Part shown: positions 30,887 to 41,483 of the stretch, piece after piece
Position numbering within the stretch: position 1 is the first letter of the stretch
Layout: each line of letters begins with the position of its first letter
Assembly: GCA_963823075.1 (NCBI GenBank)
Contig: CAWGKE010000001.1
Span: 1,395,868-1,459,867, forward strand
Source of the DNA: an uncultured Planctomycetaceae bacterium
GTDB taxonomy: Bacteria; Planctomycetota; Planctomycetia; Gemmatales; Gemmataceae
Direction of reading: 5' to 3'
Length of the DNA stretch: 64,000 nt
Translations under genes and position numbers: made by a program
The notes under the pieces: generated by a model
What the model was told of the DNA's origin: nothing
What the model saw: the letters and a program-made list of their open reading frames with translations, nothing else
Databases searched by the model: none

Positions 30887-33115
30887 TTACTTCACCCCAT
30901 CGACCGCGACCGGCGCCGGCGCCGGCGCCGGCCGCAGCGACTCCGCCGCCTCGCGGGCCAGGCGCTCGCTCACCTCCTTGAGTCCCGCCAGCTCGCCGGA
31001 GTCCACGGGAAGAAATCCCGACTTTTCCGCCACCAGAAGGTTTAGCAATAGGCTCAACATGCCGCCCGCCCCGCCGGCCTGGCCGTCGCCGCCGGCCATG
31101 AACACGCGCTCCGGCACCAGCGGCTGCTCGCTGTGCGTCAGCTGCTCCGCCACGACCGACAGGGCGTACAGCCGCGGGTCGCCGAACGACGCGACCTTCC
31201 GCAGCAGCACCGACGCCTCGGACAGGCCGATCTGCATCACGCGCTGGGCCTCGCCGTGACCGGCCAGAACGCGCTGCTTGCCGTCGGCCTCGGCCGTCAG
31301 CACGGTTTGCTCGGCCTGCCGCCGCGACCGGGCCAGCTCGGCGTCGGCCGCCACCACGACCTGCTGGGCCTGACGCTTCGACCGCTCCAGCTCGGCCTCG
31401 GCGTTGACCACCGTTTGCTCGGCCTGCTTGCGGGCGCGGGCCAGGTCGGCCTCGCCCTGGCTCTCGGCGATCTGCGCCTGCACGCGGGCGTTGGTCAGCT
31501 GCGTCTGCATCGCCGACTGCGCCTGCGCCTCGTTGAGCGTCCGCAGCTTTTCCGCCGCCGTCTTCTGCCGCTCGTAGGTCTCCAGCTGCTCGATCGACAG
31601 TTGCCGGATGCGCAGCTGCTCCAGCAGCGTCTCGATCTTGCCGCCGGCCTCCGCCGTGTCCGGCTTGCCGATCAAGACATCCACACATTCGATATCGAAA
31701 TCGTGGAACTTCCGCTTCAGCTCCTCGCGCGCCTCCGCCTGGATGGTGTCGCGCTGGTGCAGCAATTCCAGCATCGTCTTTTTGTGGGCGATGTCGCGGA
31801 AGTAGGCGGAGAGCATCGGGTCGAGCGTCTGCGTAATCAGCTTTTTGACATCGCCGAAGCGCTGAATGACGCTCGGCGCCCGCTGGTAGTCGATGTGGAC
31901 GACCATCGACAGCGGCAGCATCGGCTCGTAGGCGTCCTTGGTGACGAGATCGATCGAGCGCAGCGTTTCGTCGTAGCGGTGCGACTCGGACTTGCCGGTG
32001 ATCCAGTGCAGCACGAAGTTGGTCGTCGGCACGAGGATGACGTTGCCGGCATAGGTGTTGAACGGGTACTTGCCGGGTCCGAGAGGTCGCTCCCAGACGC
32101 CGCGCTCGCCCTCGGCCACGCGCTCGCCGTGACGGAAGGCGTCGCCGGACAGGTCGCGGCCGGCCTTGCCGTGGTAGCTGACGACGACGCCGACGTAGCC
32201 GAGCGGCACAACCGTTTTGGCGATGATCTCGACGGTGGCGAACCAGCGGTTGATGAAGTAGGTGCCGTCGGTGAGCGGCACGTACTGCCGGCCGCGGCGC
32301 CCGCCGGCCCGGAGGAACGCCTCGGGGTCCTGGAAGTTGTTGTGGTAGTTGGGGTCGCCCGGCTCGACGCCGACGGCGGGGGCGATGATCTCGCCGGGCG
32401 GCAATGATGGGCCGTCCTGAACGGAGACGATGGCGATGCCGTCCACGCTGATAGTGGCGTTGGGCTGGAGCGGATCGGGCGCCTTGACGGGGGCGCCGAC
32501 GACGACGGGGCTGAAGCCGTCCACCTCGCCCAGCTGCTGCTGCCAGGAGGCGGCGGCCTCGGCCTCGCGCGTGCCGGACAGGTTGGGCAGGCGGTAGACG
32601 GCGTCCTCGGTGATGACGACAAACAGGGCGGGGTTGATGGCGTAGACGCCTTCGCGGAGGATGGCGCGCTGGCGGCCGCGCTGGCCGCGGACGGCCGGCG
32701 CCCCCTGCTCGGCCGGCTCGCCGAGGAAGGTGTGGGCGTCCTGGAAGTTGTTGCAGGCGACGACCTGGGCCAGGGTCTGGCTGGGCAGCAACGAGTCACC
32801 GTCGCGCGCGTAGACGTAGCCGATCTTGCCCTGCGGAATGGCGACAAGCGGGACTTTATGGATTCGGTATTGCCATCGCCACAGGCCGAAGTGGAGTCCG
32901 CCGCGCAGGAGGTCGGCCTGGAAGCCGGCCTCGCCGTTGAGCGCGATGATGCTGCCTTCGGGCACGGAGCCTTTCGGCGACCAGAGCTTTTCGACGACGC
33001 CGACCTGCTGGTTGGGGATGCTGCGCAGGGTCATCCAGGCGAGGAAGAGGGCGCCGAACACGGCGAGGCCGATGGCGACGGCGATCCAGACGAACAACTC
33101 GGGAGAGGCGGGCAT
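30887..33115 (-). CDS. Flotillin-family SPFH/band-7 protein with long insertions and tandem coiled-coil repeats (~742 aa)
   Basis: Start at MPASPELFVWIAVAIGL (a TM helix). SPFH core. Flotillin-type EA-rich repeats RARKQAEQTVVNAEAELERSKRQAQQ in three copies, encoded by ~42-bp tandem DNA repeats at 31250-31450. Confidence 0.7.
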   Translation of the reverse strand: MPASPELFVWIAVAIGLAVFGALFLAWMTLRSIPNQQVGVVEKLWSPKGSVPEGSIIALNGEAGFQADLLRGGLHFGLWRWQYRIHKVPLVAIPQGKIGYVYARDGDSLLPSQTLAQVVACNNFQDAHTFLGEPAEQGAPAVRGQRGRQRAILREGVYAINPALFVVITEDAVYRLPNLSGTREAEAAASWQQQLGEVDGFSPVVVGAPVKAPDPLQPNATISVDGIAIVSVQDGPSLPPGEIIAPAVGVEPGDPNYHNNFQDPEAFLRAGGRRGRQYVPLTDGTYFINRWFATVEIIAKTVVPLGYVGVVVSYHGKAGRDLSGDAFRHGERVAEGERGVWERPLGPGKYPFNTYAGNVILVPTTNFVLHWITGKSESHRYDETLRSIDLVTKDAYEPMLPLSMVVHIDYQRAPSVIQRFGDVKKLITQTLDPMLSAYFRDIAHKKTMLELLHQRDTIQAEAREELKRKFHDFDIECVDVLIGKPDTAEAGGKIETLLEQLRIRQLSIEQLETYERQKTAAEKLRTLNEAQAQSAMQTQLTNARVQAQIAESQGEADLARARKQAEQTVVNAEAELERSKRQAQQVVVAADAELARSRRQAEQTVLTAEADGKQRVLAGHGEAQRVMQIGLSEASVLLRKVASFGDPRLYALSVVAEQLTHSEQPLVPERVFMAGGDGQAGGAGGMLSLLLNLLVAEKSGFLPVDSGELAGLKEVSERLAREAAESLRPAPAPAPVAVDGVK

Positions 33116-33423
33116 GGCAGGAAGCACCTCCGGGCGATCGGTGGACGCGAGACGGGGCGGCGACGGCGACGCCCTTGCCGATCCGGCGCGGGGTACGCAC
33201 GCCAGGCCGTGTCGCGGCGATGGGGTTCCCCGGCGGCCGCGCCGGGGAGCGGGATCGGTCTCTATAAGAGTAATTCTATGTCGTGCGGCGGTTCTTGCAC
33301 AAAAAGAAGTGGGGGCTGGCGGCTGGGGATGGACCGTGGACGCCCTCCCAGGTGGAGCGGGAGGCGACGCAGCCGATTCGCGGGAAGTCTCCGTGCGCTT
33401 GAGAATTGCGTCGCCTCCGAGAC

Positions 33424-34587
33424 TCACACTCCCATCTCCTGCGGCGCCGCCACGCCCTGCGCCATCGCCTGCTGCGCCGCCGCCACGCCGGCCCCCACGT
33501 CGACCGGCCAGCCCAGCTCCAACAACACCAGCTCCAGCGCCGCGATCGCGCCCAGCACCTCGAAATAGTCAATGTATCCCATATGTCCCAGACGCACGAT
33601 CTTGCCCTTGAGGACGTCCTGGCCGCCGGCCAGCTTGAAGCCGTAGGCCTTCTCCAGCTTCTTCAAGAGCGCTTCGCCGTCGATCCCCTCCGGGACCTTG
33701 AACACCGTCAGGCCGTCCACCGGCTGCGCGGCGAACAGCTCCAGACCCAGCGCCGCAACTCCCGCCCGCGCCGCGGCGGCCACCCGCGCGTGCCGCGCCC
33801 AGACGTTCTCGATGCCTTCCACCCGCAGCCGCTTCAAGCTGGCCCGCAGCGCCCGCACCAGCGTGATGGCCGGCGTGAACGGCGTTTCGCCGGTCTTCAC
33901 GCCGTCGCGGTACTTTTTCAGATCGAAATAGAAGGCGTGCGGCGCCGGGTTCTGCTCGATCCGCCGCCACGCCTTGTCGCCGACAGAGACGAACGCCAGG
34001 CCCGGCGGCAGCATCAGCGCCTTTTGCGACCCGGTGACGCAGACATCGACGCGCCAGTCGTCGGTGCGGCATTCGACGACGCCCAGGCCGCTGACGGCGT
34101 CCACGATCAGCACGGCCGGCGTCGGCGCGACCAGCTTGCCGAAAGCCGCGATATCATTGCGGACGCCGGTGGCCGTCTCGCTGAGCGTGGCCGTGACGGC
34201 GGCCGCGTCGGGGTGCTTGGCCAGGGCCTCGGCGAGCTGTTCGGGCTGCACCGCCTGGCCGTAAGGAACGGTGACGCTGACCGGCTCGGCGCCGAACGCC
34301 TTGCACAGGTTGCGCCAGCGCTCGCCCCAGCGGCCGGCGATCAGGCAGATCACCTTGCCGCCCGGCGGGACGCAGTTGACCAGCGCCGCCTCCATGCCGC
34401 CGGTGCCGGAACAGGTCAGCGTCAGCACCGGGTTGTTCGTGCAAAAGACATATTTGAGGTCTTCCTGCACTTCCATCAGGAGATGCCGCGCCTGGGGGCT
34501 GCGGTGGTAGAAGACGGGCTTCGCCATCTCCAGGAGGGTGTCTTCGGGAACCGGCGTCGGGCCGGGGGTCAACATGCGGTGCTTCAT
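33424..34587 (-). CDS. Class V aminotransferase (alanine-glyoxylate / serine-pyruvate aminotransferase)
   Basis: Start MKHRMLTPGPTPVP, which is the AGXT-type start. The PLP lysine lies in the context VTGSQKALMLPPG. Confidence 0.8.
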   Translation of the reverse strand: MKHRMLTPGPTPVPEDTLLEMAKPVFYHRSPQARHLLMEVQEDLKYVFCTNNPVLTLTCSGTGGMEAALVNCVPPGGKVICLIAGRWGERWRNLCKAFGAEPVSVTVPYGQAVQPEQLAEALAKHPDAAAVTATLSETATGVRNDIAAFGKLVAPTPAVLIVDAVSGLGVVECRTDDWRVDVCVTGSQKALMLPPGLAFVSVGDKAWRRIEQNPAPHAFYFDLKKYRDGVKTGETPFTPAITLVRALRASLKRLRVEGIENVWARHARVAAAARAGVAALGLELFAAQPVDGLTVFKVPEGIDGEALLKKLEKAYGFKLAGGQDVLKGKIVRLGHMGYIDYFEVLGAIAALELVLLELGWPVDVGAGVAAAQQAMAQGVAAPQEMGV

Positions 34588-34804
34588 TCCGGTCGTCCTT
34601 CCACGGGTTTCGGTGGCGTTGGGCCCCGTAATCATGTTAGATATTCGGAAGAGCGGGAGCAGCCCCCGCGGCGGCCCGTGCTAAAGCACGGGCCTACAAG
34701 CAAAAGCCCCCGTAAACGGGGCTGAAATATGTTCTAGCCCCGTTTACGGGGCTTAGGCAAATAGGCCCGTCGTTCACGGCGGGCCGGCCTCCACGGAGTC
34801 GAAC

Positions 34805-36550
34805 ATGGCAAGCGACGGCTTCACCACCCGCCCCGTCTACATGGGCACGCACGGCGTCATCGCCGCCGGCCATTACCTGGCGGCCCGCGCCGGCCAGCTC
34901 ATGTTCGACCACGGCGGCAACGCCATCGACGCCGTCGTCGCGTCCGGCTTCGCCCTCAACCTCCTCAAGCCGCACCTCAACGGACTCGGCGGCGAGGTTC
35001 CGCTACTTGTTTACTCCGCCAAGGAGGAAAAAGTCTTCTCGATCTCCGGCCAGGGCTTCATCGGCAAGGCCGCGACCGTCGATTGGTTCAACAAGGAAGG
35101 CATCGACCTCATGCCCGGCGACGGCTTCCTTCCGGCGTGCGTGCCGGCCATGTTCGGATCGTGGGCGTTCGCCCTGATGCGCTTCGGCACGCGGACGCTC
35201 AAGGACGTGATGGGGCCGGCCATCGACTACGCCGAGTCCGGCTTCCCCGTCTACCCCGGCCTGCACAACGCCGTGGCCGGCCTGGCGAAGCGATTCCGCG
35301 AAGAGTGGCCCAGCTCGGCCGCCGTCTACCTGCCGAACGACCGGCCGCCGGCCGTCGGCGACGTGTTCAAGAACCCCGATTTCGCCGCGACGCTCAAGAA
35401 GGCGGTCGAGGTCGAGACGCGCGAGGCGAAGCGCGGCCGCGAGGGCGCCATCCAGGTCGTCATCGACTGGTGGTACAAGGGAGAAATCGCCTCCACGATC
35501 GTGGATTTCATGAAGAAGACGGAAATCCGCGACGCCAGCGGCAAGAAACACTCCGGCTTGCTGACGACCGACGACTTCGCCGCCTGGCAGCCGAAGCTGG
35601 AGGCGCCGGTAACGATCGACTACCACGGCCTGTCGGTCTACAAGTGCGGCCCGTGGACGCAGGGGCCGGTCTTCCTGCAACAGCTGCGGCTGCTGGACGG
35701 CTTCGACCTGCCGAAGATGGGCCACAACACGGCGACCTACATTCATACGGTGATCGAGGCGTCCAAACTGGCGTTCGCCGACCGCGAGAAGTATTACGGC
35801 GACCCGGATTTCGTGGACGTGCCGCTGAAGCTGCTGCTGTCGAAGGACTACGCGGCGGAGCGTCGGGAGTTGATCGATCCGAAAAAGGCGTCGATGGAGA
35901 TGCGGCCGGGCGCCGGGCCGAAGTCCACGCCGGAGGACGTGAAGGGCAAGCCGGAGACGTTCCGCGGCGACACGACGCACACCTGCGCCGTGGATGCGGC
36001 CGGCAACATGGTCGCGGCGACGTGCAGCGGCGGCTGGATTCCCTCGTCGCCGGTCGTTCCGGGCCTCGGCTTCCCGATGGGCACGCGCGGCCAGATGTTC
36101 CGGCTCGACCCGCACGAGGCCGGCGTGGTCGGCCCGCGCCGCCGGCCGCGCACGACGCTGACGCCGTCGCTGGTGCTGAAGGACGGCAAGCCGTTCATGG
36201 TGTTCGGCACGCCGGGCGGCGACCAGCAGGACCAATGGACGCTGCAATTCTTCCTCAACTACGTCGATTTCGGGATGAATCTGCAGGCGGCGATCGACGC
36301 GGCGAACTTCAACTCGACGCACTTCCCCAGCTCGTTCTACCCGCGCGACGCCCACGCCAGCGAGCTGGTCGTGGAGGGCCGCATCCCCGAGGCGACGCGG
36401 AAGGAGTTGGAGGCGCGGGGCCACATCATCAAGGTCGCCGGCGACTGGTCGGGCGGGATGGTCATGGCGGTGCAGACGGAGCGGAAAACGGGCGTAATCA
36501 GCGGGGCGGCGTCGCCGCGCGGGGAGCTGGCGTATGTGATGGGGTCGTGA
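34805..36550 (+). CDS. ggt: Gamma-glutamyltransferase
   Basis: GGT-family sequence features across the full 581-aa ORF (e.g. TTHTCAVDAAGNMVAATCSGG). Confidence 0.85.
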   Translation: MASDGFTTRPVYMGTHGVIAAGHYLAARAGQLMFDHGGNAIDAVVASGFALNLLKPHLNGLGGEVPLLVYSAKEEKVFSISGQGFIGKAATVDWFNKEGIDLMPGDGFLPACVPAMFGSWAFALMRFGTRTLKDVMGPAIDYAESGFPVYPGLHNAVAGLAKRFREEWPSSAAVYLPNDRPPAVGDVFKNPDFAATLKKAVEVETREAKRGREGAIQVVIDWWYKGEIASTIVDFMKKTEIRDASGKKHSGLLTTDDFAAWQPKLEAPVTIDYHGLSVYKCGPWTQGPVFLQQLRLLDGFDLPKMGHNTATYIHTVIEASKLAFADREKYYGDPDFVDVPLKLLLSKDYAAERRELIDPKKASMEMRPGAGPKSTPEDVKGKPETFRGDTTHTCAVDAAGNMVAATCSGGWIPSSPVVPGLGFPMGTRGQMFRLDPHEAGVVGPRRRPRTTLTPSLVLKDGKPFMVFGTPGGDQQDQWTLQFFLNYVDFGMNLQAAIDAANFNSTHFPSSFYPRDAHASELVVEGRIPEATRKELEARGHIIKVAGDWSGGMVMAVQTERKTGVISGAASPRGELAYVMGS

Positions 36551-36559
36551 GGCGAGAGG

Positions 36560-37216
36560 ATGACTGACGCGGAGTGGACGGCGTGCGATAATTCTGAGCG
36601 GATGCTAGAGTTTCTGCGCGGCCAGGTCAACGGCCGCAAGATACGTTTGTTCGGCTGCGCCTGTTGCCGTCGCATCTGGCGCCGGCTAACGGACGAGCGG
36701 AGCCGCAAGGCCGTCGAGGCAGCGGAATTATATGCCGACGGATTCATCGCTCACGCGGACCTGAAGCAAGCCTGGGCCGAGGCGTCGGGGGCGATCCAGG
36801 GTTCGCTTGTTACGCATTCCGGTCAGAGCATTGCGACGGTCGCGGCAAGGAGCGCCGCCGACCCCGCCCGTGCCTCCATTGCGGAAGCCGTTGCGCTTGC
36901 GGCCCGAGCAGGCGTCTATTCCCAGCAGCATTTTGAGGCTGAAAAGGCGGCGCAGGCAGCCTTCCTGCGCGATCTATTGGGCAACCCCTTCCGACCCGCT
37001 AACATCGACCTCTCCTGGTTGGCCTGGAACGACGGCGCAATCCCCAAGATGGCGCAGTCCATCTACGACGGGCGCTCCTTCGACCTCCTGCCGCTGCTCG
37101 CCGACGCCCTCGAAGACGCCGGCTGCACCGACGCCGCCATCCTCGGCCATTGCCGAGGCGGCGGCATACACGTCCGCGGCTGCTGGGTGGTGGATTTGTT
37201 GCTCGGGAAGGAGTGA
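36560..37216 (+). CDS. Hypothetical protein (Cys-rich N-terminus, family conserved in Planctomycetes)
   Basis: 218 aa. MTDAEWTACDN..RKIRLFGCACCRRIW. No firm domain assignment. Confidence 0.45.
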   Translation: MTDAEWTACDNSERMLEFLRGQVNGRKIRLFGCACCRRIWRRLTDERSRKAVEAAELYADGFIAHADLKQAWAEASGAIQGSLVTHSGQSIATVAARSAADPARASIAEAVALAARAGVYSQQHFEAEKAAQAAFLRDLLGNPFRPANIDLSWLAWNDGAIPKMAQSIYDGRSFDLLPLLADALEDAGCTDAAILGHCRGGGIHVRGCWVVDLLLGKE

Positions 37217-37222
37217 GGCCGT

Positions 37223-38470
37223 CTATTTGAGATGATGCAGATCGAGATCGAGGCGAAACGAGTCCAGCAGGTGCAGCGAGGCAGCGTCCACGGCGAAGAA
37301 TTCGCCCAGAAGCTCGGCGGCCGTGACCGTGAGACGCAAGAAGCCGTAGCAATGGTCGGCGTAGGCCATGACCCGCAGCTGGTGCTTGCGGGGCAGCACG
37401 TAACCGGGCGGCGGAGCGGCGTCGAAGGGCACGGTGCGCGGCGTCGTCTCCCGCCCGGCGGCGTCTTCCCACATGCCCTCCAGCGCGGTGTGACCGCCGC
37501 AGCCGGCGATCAGGTGCGGGATCTCCTAGCCGTCGTCGTAGCGGTACGTCAGCCGCTGGTAAAGGTGCGCGTGGGCGGACAGCACCGCGTCGGGCCGTCG
37601 GCCGGCCTCCTTGCAGGCGCGCCAGCACCTCCGCCAGCGGCCGCGCCGCCGCGGCGTTGCTCGTCGGACCCAGCGTCGGGTCACCCCGCACGGTGAAATT
37701 GGCCGCCCCGGAGAACGGCGGGTAATGCACCACGAGCAGCACGGCCCGCCGTGACGAACCCTTCCGGTCGCGTCCCCGCACGTCCTTGAGCTGGGCCGTC
37801 AGCCAATCGTATTGCGGCCGGCTGTCGGGGTGCGCCGGGTCGTCGAGAAGGCCGCCGTTGCAGACGTTCGCGTACAGGCCGATGAAGTAGGCCACGGGCG
37901 TGTCCAGCCGCCAGCAGACGTAGGGTTGGGTCACGGCCGGGCGGTCGTCCGTTTCGTTGTCCGGCGATTTATCCTTTTTCGGAGCGCAGAACTGGTCGAG
38001 AAAGTGGAGGATCGAGGAGCGGTCGCCGTGCAAGGACTGTTTGCCGCAGTGGTTGCCCGGCACGGCGAAGATCGACCGCGGGTAGGCGGTGTACGGGGCG
38101 AAGAACTGTTCGTTGTACATGCGCCGCTGGTCGGCGCGGGCCTGGTCGGCCCGGTTCTCGTCCTTGTAGGCGACGTCGCCGAGGTGGAAGAAAAACGACG
38201 CCTTGGCCGCCGGATCGCCGAGATGCCCCGGGTCGCGCGCCTGGGCCGCCATGGCGGCGGCGACGGCGTCCTGCGGCCGGTGGTCGGGGAAATCGCCGGT
38301 GCAGCCGACCGCGTGGAAGGTCAGGACGCCGGATCGCTTGACGCGGTCGTGCTCGCGGCGGTCCACGTCCTTCAGCCGGAGAATGAAATCCGCCGGCTTG
38401 CGGGGCGGCTCGCGCGGCACGTCGGTCCAGACGCCGTGTTCCACGCCCGGTTCGATGCTCGGGACGTCCG
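37223..38470 (-). pseudogene. Calcineurin-like metallophosphoesterase, disrupted (in-frame TAG at 37527-37529 plus a frameshift at about 37620-37700)
   Basis: Metallophosphoesterase motifs GDFPD, HLGDVAY and VPGNHCG lie in the 36999..38699 frame. The C-terminal end continues in ORF 37223..37474 after ...YDDG*EIPHLIAGCGG. Confidence 0.6.
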
Positions 38471-38592
38471 CCAATTGGTCCAAGCGATCACCCACCTTTC
38501 CGTGCGTCGGCGCCCGCGCACGTTCTACCGTGGATGATGCGGAGGGGCAAGTCGGCGGGGCGGCCCTCCTGGAAGAAGCGGCGCGGGCGCGT

Positions 38593-39021
38593 TCACTTGC
38601 CGGGATCGGCGGGTGGGCTCTTCTTATCGGCGTCGGCCGGTACAGCCGTGTCGTCTTTGGCGCCGGCCGCGATCCAGTCGCGCACTTTGGCGATCTCATC
38701 GGCCTTGGGTTGCGCCGCCTTGCCGGGAGGCATCGGCTTGCCGTGGCCGGTCATCACGCCGAGCAGCCGGCTGTCGTCGGGCTTCTCCGGCACGACCAGC
38801 GTGCCGCGCCGGCCTTTCTTCGTCAGGTCCGCGAACGTCTCCACGCTGACGCCGGCCCGGCCCCGGTTGTCGTTGTGACACTTCATGCAGTAGTTGGCCA
38901 GGAATGGCTTGACGTCCTTGCTGTAGGTCGGCGCCGGCGGCGGATCGTCCGCGGCCGACGCCGCGCCCGCCCACCCCAGCGACGCCAGCGCCGCCGCTAT
39001 ACCCGCCCATGCTCGCCGCAT
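38593..39021 (-). CDS. Planctomycete cytochrome c domain (PSCyt1) protein, secreted
   Basis: Start MRRAWAGIAAALASLGWAGAASA. Heme motif CMKCH embedded in the PSCyt1-like context VKPFLANYCMKCHN...LLGVMTGHGKPMPPGK. Confidence 0.7.
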   Translation of the reverse strand: MRRAWAGIAAALASLGWAGAASAADDPPPAPTYSKDVKPFLANYCMKCHNDNRGRAGVSVETFADLTKKGRRGTLVVPEKPDDSRLLGVMTGHGKPMPPGKAAQPKADEIAKVRDWIAAGAKDDTAVPADADKKSPPADPGK

Positions 39022-39232
39022 TCGCGTCTCCCTGGATCGCAGGAACCGTACACGCGGCGCAGGGCCGCTGATGGAATTTACCTCATGGAACCCCGAAAGC
39101 GGTTCCGGGTATCGGCCCCGGCCGGTGGATTCGTACAATGTCTGAGGCGTGCGCGGCCGGTTTTTTGCCAGAGCGGCAAAGGGCCGCTGCGTCATGATGC
39201 AAATTCTTTACAGGAAAGGGCCTACGCGAAAT

Positions 39233-39305
39233 GCGCCCGTAGCTCAGGGGATAGAGCATCGGTTTCCTAAACCGAGGGTCGCAGGTTCAAATCCTGCCGG
39301 GCGTA
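39233..39305 (+). tRNA. tRNA-Arg(CCT)
   Basis: Cloverleaf: acceptor GCGCCCG/CGGGCGT, D-arm GCTCAGGGGATAGAGC, anticodon loop TTCCTAA, T-arm GCAGGTTCAAATCCTGC. No encoded CCA. Confidence 0.85.
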
Positions 39306-39467
39306 GTGAAACCCACGAGCAGCGAAACCGGCTGCCCGCGGGTTTTCGTTTCATGCGCGCCTTTGTCCGCCCGCTTGCTCCGACAGATCGCGTTTTCCCA
39401 CAAGGTTTTGCGACTTCGCGGTCACCCTACCGCTCCTCTTCTGATACACAAACCCGGTAGTTCTGTC

Positions 39468-40069
39468 TCATTTCGCCTGGCGTGACAGTCGCTTTTCCAG
39501 CAGCGTTTTGACCTTGCCGCGCATGGTCTGGAAGTAGCAGAGGCTGGCCCGGAGCGACTGCTTGAGGTCGGCCAAGGTGTCGAACAGCCGGTTGTGCGTC
39601 GCCCGTCGCCGCAGCTTCTTCCAGAAACGCTCGATCGGGTTCAACGGGGGGCTATAACTGGGCAGACGCTTGAACTTCAGATGCGGGTACTCCGCCAGCG
39701 CCTGGTCCACCGGCTTGCCCCGGCGCCACGGCGCGGTGTCGATCCGCAGCACCACTTCCGGGTGCTTGTCCCGCGGGTACACCCGACCGACGTGGCGCAG
39801 GTGGTCCGCGAACGCCTCTTGCAGGCGCCGCGTCTTGCTCTGGCCCGTCCTCTTCTGGGCGGCCTTGGGGCTTTCCAGGGTGTTGCTGTGGACCGCCGCG
39901 CTGAGCAGGTTCACCACGGCGAAGACGTAGAGCAGGTCCTTGCAGTCGCGCGTCCCGACCGTCGGCCGGTGTCCTTTGACCCCCCGCGTTGCACCCAGCG
40001 TTGGCGCCATCGGGAAGCGGGCCTCGTCCTGACTCAGCAAGACGATTTCACCCGCCGTCGCTTTTTTTC
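39468..40069 (-). pseudogene. IS630-family transposase DDE-domain fragment (3' part of a copy split by later insertions)
   Basis: YSPPLNPIERFWKKLRRRA motif. The N-terminal residues of the annotated ORF read through the TIR of the adjacent intact IS630. It pairs with orfA at 41480-41992. Confidence 0.7.
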
Positions 40070-41239
40070 CTAGTGCAGGGCCAAGCAAGGTCTTGCCTGT
40101 GCGCAGCTGGAAGCGAACAATGAGGTATGAAACCACCCATCTTTGTTCGCACGCTCAGCGCCGCCGAACGGCTGCGGTTGCAGGCGGGGCGGCGCGCTGC
40201 CGACGCCTTTACCGTCCGCCGTTGCCAGATTCTCCTGGCCAGCGCCGCCGGTCTGCGGCCGCCGCAGATCGCCCGCAACTTGGGCTGCGCCGCGCGCACC
40301 GTTCACTACGCCCTGCACGCCTTCCGGCGCGAGGGACTGGACTGTCTCCAGGAGAAATCCTCTCGGCCGCATTCGGCCCGGCCGTTCCTGGACCAACGCC
40401 ACGCCGACGCCCTGAAGGACCTGCTGCATCACAGTCCCCGTCTGTTCGGCAAACCCACCGGCCTGTGGACCCTGGAGCTGCTCGCCGAGGTCTGCCACGG
40501 CAAGGGCTGGACCCCCCGGCGACTCAGCGGCGAAGCCGTTCGCCTGGCCCTGAAACGCCTGAACATCGGCTGGCGGCGTGCCAAGCACTGGATCACCAGC
40601 CCCGACCCGGCCTACGCGCGAAAGAAAGAAGCCCGCGATCGCTTGATCCGTCTGGTCGAGAGTCACCCGGACTGGGTCTTGGGTTTCCGGGACGAGACCT
40701 GGTGGAGCCGCCTCGCCCTGCCGCGTTGTCGCGCCTGGACCGGCGCCGAACCGCTCCGCCTGGTGGAACGGAACACCGACCGCACCGATCCGGACCCCAA
40801 GGCGCTGTGCTGCTACGGCTTGCTGCGGCAGGACACGGACCAGATGCTGCTGCGTTTCGTCGAGGGTCGGCCGGTGAGTCAGGTCACCGAGGACTACCTG
40901 GCCTGGGTGTGCGAGCAGCTGGCTGCGGAGGGCAAGAAGGCGCTGCTGCTGGTCTGGGACAACGCCTCCTGGCACGCCAGTAAGCGGGTGCGGTCCTGGA
41001 TCAAGGATCACAACCGACGGGCCAAGGCGGAGGGTGGGGTGCGGATCCTCGCCTGCCCGTTGCCGATCAAGGCGCCGTGGCTCAACGCGATCGAGCCGAA
41101 GTGGGTCCACGGCAAGAAGGCCATCGTGGAGCCGGATCGGAAGCTGACGGCGCAGGAGACCAAGGAGCGCGTCTGTCTGTATTACGGCTGCGAGCAAGTG
41201 GAACCCCTTGAGCAAAAGGCCGCTTGATCCTGCACTAGG
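40069..41239 (+). mobile_element. IS630-family insertion sequence, apparently intact
   Basis: TIRs CCTAGTGCAGGGCC... at 40069 and ...GATCCTGCACTAGG at 41239. It carries a 366-aa transposase. Inserted after a T7 run. Confidence 0.8.
40127..41227 (+). CDS. IS630-family transposase
   Basis: N-terminal HTH/wHTH. DDE region DETWWS...WDNASWH...LPIKAPWLNAIE. Confidence 0.85.
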   Translation: MKPPIFVRTLSAAERLRLQAGRRAADAFTVRRCQILLASAAGLRPPQIARNLGCAARTVHYALHAFRREGLDCLQEKSSRPHSARPFLDQRHADALKDLLHHSPRLFGKPTGLWTLELLAEVCHGKGWTPRRLSGEAVRLALKRLNIGWRRAKHWITSPDPAYARKKEARDRLIRLVESHPDWVLGFRDETWWSRLALPRCRAWTGAEPLRLVERNTDRTDPDPKALCCYGLLRQDTDQMLLRFVEGRPVSQVTEDYLAWVCEQLAAEGKKALLLVWDNASWHASKRVRSWIKDHNRRAKAEGGVRILACPLPIKAPWLNAIEPKWVHGKKAIVEPDRKLTAQETKERVCLYYGCEQVEPLEQKAA

Positions 41240-41483
41240 ATGGCAAACTTAACTTGAGAGGCCCCGAAAACGGCCTGTTCTTGAACTGGGCGGCCCAGGA
41301 AAACGCCAGAAATCGCTTGTCCGCCGAGGGTCTCAAGTTGAGTTTGCCGTCCTAGTTTTTTCCTAGGATGGCAAACTTAACTTGAGAGGCCCCGAAAACG
41401 GCCTGTTCTTGAACTGGGCGGCCCAGGAAAACGCCAGAAATCGCTTGTCCGCCGAGGGTCTCAAGTTGAGTTTGCCGTCCTAG
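41236..41483. mobile_element. Tandem pair of ~120-bp palindromic MITEs (TIR CTAGGAYGGCAAACTTAACTTGAGA)
   Basis: Copies at 41236-41355 and 41363-41483, each internally inverted-repeat and separated by a T-run. Two more copies at 43096-43340. Confidence 0.85.

Noticed and set aside
39149-39460. 103-aa ORF overlapping tRNA-Arg
   Set aside because: It translates straight through the tRNA cloverleaf (AQGIEHRFPKPRVAGSNPAGRS); not coding.
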